Positions 59,433 through 64,000 of a stretch of 64,000 bases of DNA are shown here, piece by piece (within the stretch, counting starts at the first letter, position 1; the number at the start of each line of letters is the position of its first letter). The notes under the pieces were generated by a model. The model made no database searches, was not told where the DNA came from, and worked only from the letters and a program-made list of their open reading frames with translations. Where the stretch lies: positions 28,896 to 92,895 of the IMG/VR virus record IMGVR_UViG_3300010373_000003. One strand, written 5' to 3'. Made by a program: the position numbers and the translations under genes. The stretch comes from a virus.

Positions 59433-60896
59433 TTATCTCCCGTAACACAATATCAATTGCTTCTTGGCTCTCGAACATCCAACATATAACCTTCTTAGAA
59501 GATCATCTTGATTATTATGAGGCTGACCATGTTTATTATAAACCATATTATTAACATCAACAAATACAGAATTATATGTAGAACCTTGTGACTTATGAGC
59601 AGTTAAACTAAATCCATAATCAATATCTCTACTATGTAAAACTATACCACTTCTATCAACAATATTAGCAGCAATAAGATACTTCTTTTTAAAAGCATAA
59701 TACTCTTTCCATTTACTAACTCTAGTTCCACCATTTGCAGTTTTAGCTGCGGAAACTAAAGAGTTAACAATAGTATGATAAGCCATAACAGTACCTCTAT
59801 CTCTATGATCTATAACAAATAAAGGTCTAGTAATATGTCCACCATGAACTAATTGGAATCTAACAAGAAAACCTTTAAATTTATGAGTCTCATCAACAAA
59901 GTTAAGTATATCATTAATAATATACTCTTCACTATTATTAATGATAGGTTGCATAAACTCATCAACAATAGTCTCATAAGACATAACTAAATCGTTTTTA
60001 GTAATAATATTCTTATGAGCATCAGTAATAATAGTATTACGTATATAACTATTCCATTCAGTAACACAAGGATTGGTATAAGCAATGATACGATACATAT
60101 CTATATTCTTAGTATAATTCTCATCAGAGAAACTACTATCAACATTAGCTTTAAAATCATGAGGAGATAGTATACTAAATCCTTCACCTATTTCATTATA
60201 TTGATAACCTCCAACTCTTTTACTAATATATTCTAAAAACTTATAAGTTTTATTTTGTATATCATTACGAAGAAGTTGTAACAATGGAGTAACAGGATTG
60301 TTAATATCTTGTCTAACAATTTCAGTAAGATTATATACTATATAACACCTATCAAAAGCAATAGAACGACTTTCACCCGGAGGACTAAGTTGGAAAGGAT
60401 CTCCAACAAATATAACTTTAATTTCAAGTTCTTTACATTTATTACAAATATAAGTTACCAATTTAGCAGGTAACATAGAACCTTCATCAATAACAAGAAG
60501 TTTAATATTATCTAACTTAGCTTTAGACATAGGATTAAACTGAGGACGACTAGGATTAAAATCCTCTAGCCTCATATCTAATCTTAATCCAAAGACACTT
60601 TGAATAGTATCAACTTCTTTACTAATAGCTTCACTTAGAACTCTATTAGCTTTATGTGTAGGAGTAGCACATTTGATAACACTAAGAGAATACTTACACT
60701 TATTAATAATAAACTTAAGAGTATATGTTTTACCAACACCTCCAGGTCCAGTCAAACCTACAATATACTTAGTAGGATCAAAAGGTTTACCTACAAAATC
60801 TATAATATTAAGTGCAGCAAATTCTTGTCCTTTAGTTAAATTATAAGAAGTATTATCAGAACCTTTTCCTACAACAGTTAAATCATTCAATCCCAT
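59433..60896 (-). CDS. SF1B (RecD/Dda-like) DNA helicase
   Basis: GPGGVGKT, ATPTHKA, IDEGSM, GDPFQL, LTEIVRQ, TAHKSQGSTY, YVGCSRA. Confidence 0.92.
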   Translation of the reverse strand: MGLNDLTVVGKGSDNTSYNLTKGQEFAALNIIDFVGKPFDPTKYIVGLTGPGGVGKTYTLKFIINKCKYSLSVIKCATPTHKANRVLSEAISKEVDTIQSVFGLRLDMRLEDFNPSRPQFNPMSKAKLDNIKLLVIDEGSMLPAKLVTYICNKCKELEIKVIFVGDPFQLSPPGESRSIAFDRCYIVYNLTEIVRQDINNPVTPLLQLLRNDIQNKTYKFLEYISKRVGGYQYNEIGEGFSILSPHDFKANVDSSFSDENYTKNIDMYRIIAYTNPCVTEWNSYIRNTIITDAHKNIITKNDLVMSYETIVDEFMQPIINNSEEYIINDILNFVDETHKFKGFLVRFQLVHGGHITRPLFVIDHRDRGTVMAYHTIVNSLVSAAKTANGGTRVSKWKEYYAFKKKYLIAANIVDRSGIVLHSRDIDYGFSLTAHKSQGSTYNSVFVDVNNMVYNKHGQPHNNQDDLLRRLYVGCSRAKKQLILCYGR

Positions 60897-60897
60897 A

Positions 60898-61491
60898 CTA
60901 TCTTCTATTAAAACTAAAACCAATACTTCTAGCAGTATCTGCTAAAACTACATCTTTAGTATCATCTTCTATTACCTCAGGTATAATCGTTTGACTATCT
61001 TCAGCAATATAATTGTCTATCCAATCTTTATTAAGAGCCTTTCTAATAATAGTATAATTCTCTCTATAGAATTTAATAGCTTTTCTAGCAATATTACAAT
61101 CTACATCAATATATACTTTCTTAATCTTGAATAAAGTAATACCAGCAGTCCTATGTTTAACAATATTACCCTTAACAGAACAACCTGCTACAAATGGTAA
61201 ATACATAGATCTATCTCTATCATCTCTATCTCTATCAGAACGAATATGTCTAACTCTAGTTAAATCATTAACTAGAACTTGTTCATATATCTCAGCAACA
61301 TTTTTACAAGAATAATCTTCAGAAGCAATAGTATATTCATCATCACCTATGACTACAATATACTTTCCATCTAAAGTTATAAATACTACACCTTCAACAT
61401 TAGCTGTCAAAATTTCATATTTACTACTAGGTGCAGAACTAGTCTTAGCCTTAGTAGTTTTAACAATTGGAGCAAATGAAAAATCAGGCAT
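60898..61491 (-). CDS. hypothetical protein
   Basis: 197-aa ORF coupled to the helicase. Confidence 0.6.
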   Translation of the reverse strand: MPDFSFAPIVKTTKAKTSSAPSSKYEILTANVEGVVFITLDGKYIVVIGDDEYTIASEDYSCKNVAEIYEQVLVNDLTRVRHIRSDRDRDDRDRSMYLPFVAGCSVKGNIVKHRTAGITLFKIKKVYIDVDCNIARKAIKFYRENYTIIRKALNKDWIDNYIAEDSQTIIPEVIEDDTKDVVLADTARSIGFSFNRR

Positions 61492-61497
61492 AATATA

Positions 61498-61824
61498 TTA
61501 TCCTATAGCACCATTTTTCATAGCACTTTTAGACATATTAGATAGATTAATACCTCCAATGTTATTTTTACCAACATTAGGTTGTTTTACTTCTCTAACC
61601 TTAGGATGTCTACTAGCACCTTTAGGAGTAAATTGTTTTTCAACTTTACCAATGCTATAGTTATATCCATGTTCTTTACATAGATAATCTATTTTACCCC
61701 AAGTACCATTTCCAACAGTATTCCTTGTATCATCTACAGTAATAGTTTTACCATTAATGTTACAACCATTATTCTTAGAAAGAATACGAACAACACTTAC
61801 TTCATCATAAGGTTTTTTAGCCAT
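61498..61824 (-). CDS. small basic hypothetical protein
   Basis: 108 aa, GNGTWGKIDYL, Lys-rich tail. Confidence 0.65.
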   Translation of the reverse strand: MAKKPYDEVSVVRILSKNNGCNINGKTITVDDTRNTVGNGTWGKIDYLCKEHGYNYSIGKVEKQFTPKGASRHPKVREVKQPNVGKNNIGGINLSNMSKSAMKNGAIG

Positions 61825-62085
61825 AATTTTACGTAATTTAATTTGTTTAACAATGACCTTTTAATAAACATGATTTTCTCAATGTTCAACTAATAACAAT
61901 CCATATATAATAATACATATGTTTGCCATACATAACATACAACGCTTAAATTTGTACATTATGATATTGTTTATTAGAGGTTTCAACTTTTATTTTAACA
62001 CGTTTAAGTCTTATAAAACGACATAAAGTCCGGTCTTATATTAATCATCAGATTGATTTCGTGTATCTCCGCTAAGAGAATATTA

Positions 62086-62466
62086 TTAATTAAATTCAGG
62101 TTCCCATTGAAGTGTATCCTTATTATAAGATTTAAAATAAGTTTCTAAATCAGAAACTTTACTATCTATAATAAGAAATTCAATAAGATCTCCTACAAAA
62201 GCTTTATAAATATTATTATTAGGTAGAAGATGTTTAATCTTATTATTATAATAATTTTCAACATTTACATAATCTTGCTCAGTATATCTAAATTTAATAA
62301 CTAAATCATTCCTACTATAATTATGATTATCTTCTTCTTTAAATCCTAATTCAATAAGCATATTTTGAATAGCTTTATATTTATCAAAAGAAGGATTAAA
62401 TATATCATTAACTGTAATTATAGTATTTACAAGATTATATCCTGCATAAATAGTATTTATAAACAT
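62086..62466 (-). CDS. hypothetical protein
   Basis: 126-aa ORF on the coding strand. Confidence 0.5.
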   Translation of the reverse strand: MFINTIYAGYNLVNTIITVNDIFNPSFDKYKAIQNMLIELGFKEEDNHNYSRNDLVIKFRYTEQDYVNVENYYNNKIKHLLPNNNIYKAFVGDLIEFLIIDSKVSDLETYFKSYNKDTLQWEPEFN

Positions 62467-62535
62467 ATTATTAAAATTTATATTAACTTCCCCGCCTACG
62501 TGGCGTTAATGTTCACCAAAAGGAAGTTAATGTTT

Positions 62536-62790
62536 TTAATATCTACTTTCTAGATAATCAAGATGATCATCAGCAGCAGTTTGATCAGTAGAAGAATCAT
62601 CTAATTCTTTATTAGTTTCAATATAATCATCAACAGCTTCTTCAAAATTATATTTAATTAATTCTTTAGTATCTGTTTCAAAAGTAACTAAATCTTTAAT
62701 ATTAGTAATTTTACCATAGTAACAATTATCTTCAGTTGAATAACTATATTCTCCTGTATAACCTTTGTAGTTTAATACAATCTTATCCAT
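62536..62790 (-). CDS. hicB: HicB-like antitoxin domain (orphan, no DNA-binding domain)
   Basis: L.YKGY.G...YS.ED...YGKI..I.DLVTFE......L...FEEAVDDY.E. Confidence 0.75.
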   Translation of the reverse strand: MDKIVLNYKGYTGEYSYSTEDNCYYGKITNIKDLVTFETDTKELIKYNFEEAVDDYIETNKELDDSSTDQTAADDHLDYLESRY

Positions 62791-62947
62791 ACCATTTCTT
62801 TATCTTTTTAAACTCTTTAACAACATCTTCATAACCTAATGAATTAAGTAGATCACAAAGTATATCATCAGCTTCACCATGAGCTTGTTCAGTATCACTA
62901 TTGATTTGTTCAGTTTTAAGCAGTTTAATAGCTTCTTCTCTAGTCAT
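62783..62947 (-). CDS. 54-aa phage protein (not in ORF track)
   Basis: MTREEAIKLLKTEQINSDTEQAHGEADDILCDLLNSLGYEDVVKEFKKIKKWYG; stop overlaps the HicB-like start. Confidence 0.7.
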   Translation of the reverse strand: MTREEAIKLLKTEQINSDTEQAHGEADDILCDLLNSLGYEDVVKEFKKIKKWYG

Positions 62948-62953
62948 AGTATA

Positions 62954-63142
62954 TTATTTAAGTTTAGTAACAACAAAACCATATTTAGCATTAAATATAC
63001 TAGCATATCTAATTCTAGAACCAACAGTATTAATAAAATTATTGCCAAAATTATTAACAATCAGATCATCACAATTATTATAAACAAATATAATATCTCC
63101 AACTTCTAAAGATTTTTGTTTACCTATATAAATAGTTTCCAT
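62954..63142 (-). CDS. small hypothetical protein
   Basis: Start METIYIG just after the upstream stop. Confidence 0.5.
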   Translation of the reverse strand: METIYIGKQKSLEVGDIIFVYNNCDDLIVNNFGNNFINTVGSRIRYASIFNAKYGFVVTKLK

Positions 63143-63143
63143 A

Positions 63144-63401
63144 TTACTTAATATTATGAACAGTTTTATATCTAGTAATAAAATCAGCAGGATATTGACT
63201 AACCCAACCACAATCAGGACATTGAAATTGGCTAAGTTCAGGAATCCATTTAGTTCTAGGCATAGAACAATTCTTATTCCAAGCTTCTCCACAATATCCT
63301 CTATAAAACTTATTATTCATCATATTACTACGAACAACAGAATTAACATCATCTGGATGTAAATCATTACCGTTTATATCTTTTCTCATAATAACAGTCA
63401 T
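63144..63401 (-). CDS. small Zn-ribbon protein
   Basis: YCG....C ... FQCPDCGW. Confidence 0.6.
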   Translation of the reverse strand: MTVIMRKDINGNDLHPDDVNSVVRSNMMNNKFYRGYCGEAWNKNCSMPRTKWIPELSQFQCPDCGWVSQYPADFITRYKTVHNIK

Positions 63402-63417
63402 ATTAGTAAATTAATAA

Positions 63418-63759
63418 TTAATATAGCATTTCACTAATAAGAATTCTATTTTCTGCATCTACAGCTTTTGCACCATATTTAATTTGATTATATGCATTAG
63501 CTATTTCATAAGCTTCGTCTCTAAATACAAATCTATTAGTATTAGTAATAAAACCTTGATTTTGTCTAAGACTTAAGGATTCAATGTAATCATAAGATTC
63601 TTCTTTACCTATAACTAATAGTACATTGTTAATAATTTCATAACAATCGGAATGACGTCTACCAGTTACTACAAATCCACAAGTAATACCTTTAGGTTGA
63701 TCTTTAAATTCTCCTATAGCATTTACATGAATAGCAGAACAAATAATAAATTCTTTCAT
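63418..63759 (-). CDS. conserved phage hypothetical protein
   Basis: IICSAIH..G.VV.G.RH..C..QGF.TN..RFV.R.EA..IA..L.SE.LY. Confidence 0.65.
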   Translation of the reverse strand: MKEFIICSAIHVNAIGEFKDQPKGITCGFVVTGRRHSDCYEIINNVLLVIGKEESYDYIESLSLRQNQGFITNTNRFVFRDEAYEIANAYNQIKYGAKAVDAENRILISEMLY

Positions 63760-63771
63760 AATATTAGTAAA

Positions 63772-63987
63772 TTAATAATTAGTAGAAATATCTATGGCAG
63801 CCTTATGCATACCTTCAAGAACTTTAACAGAATAATTAATATTTTGATAATTATTAAGAAGTTCTTTTTGTTTATCAGTAAGACTATAATGAAACTTTTC
63901 TCTAGCTTTAATACGTTCTTTCTTTTTAGTATCTAATAGACTACTAACATTACTAAGAATTTGTATTACACTTTCAGGTTTACCCAT
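63772..63987 (-). CDS. hypothetical protein
   Basis: 71-aa ORF on the coding strand. Confidence 0.5.
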   Translation of the reverse strand: MGKPESVIQILSNVSSLLDTKKKERIKAREKFHYSLTDKQKELLNNYQNINYSVKVLEGMHKAAIDISTNY

Positions 63988-64000
63988 AACATTAACATTA

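Noticed and set aside
2026-63936. Many 60-190 aa antisense or alternate-frame ORFs in the track (for example 23040..23609-, 26451..26999-, 53310..53822+, 37312..37503+)
   Set aside because: They overlap well-supported genes or the repeat hub and mostly have low-complexity I/L/F/S-rich composition typical of shadow frames.
1-64000. tRNA, rRNA, CRISPR array, diversity-generating retroelement, integrase
   Set aside because: No cloverleaf/T-loop signatures, repeat-spacer arrays, reverse-transcriptase or recombinase motifs recognised by eye.

Overview
AT-rich phage DNA from a crAss-like phage (Crassvirales) of a Bacteroidota host, read in the standard genetic code. The + strand (1-36.7 kb) is the late/virion module. 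It holds tail appendage proteins (one with a clan GH-A glycoside hydrolase), a holin, tail ring/tubular and stabilisation (muzzle) proteins, an HU/IHF-like protein, ejected cargo proteins (one with a zincin HExxH motif) and a 4532-aa virion RNA polymerase (DFDVD). It meets the - strand module (36.9-64 kb) at a bidirectional terminator. The - strand carries the replication genes (SF1 helicase, UDG-like, PolB, degenerate SF2 helicase, RecT-like, SSB-like, primase, ligase, dNMP kinase, Gp157, ThyX) and many small accessory genes. Two things stand out. (1) A GC-rich, non-palindromic motif, TCCTCTACGGG(G/C)(G/A)AG, occurs 12 times, mostly 2-9.5 kb apart. Ten copies lie inside genes in three different reading registers, orientations almost strictly alternate to give convergent pairs, and one tight intergenic inverted pair sits at 37318-37412. 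This looks like a genome-wide cis-acting system that I cannot match to a described one. (2) An anti-defence cluster at 37.6-43 kb has three putative nucleotide-signal sponges (Tad2/DUF2829, Acb2/Tad1-like, Gp49/66 Acb4-like fusion), KTSC, a GHKL ATPase and a MazG-like gene; an orphan HicB-like antitoxin lies further along. All calls come from visual motif recognition; no searches were run.
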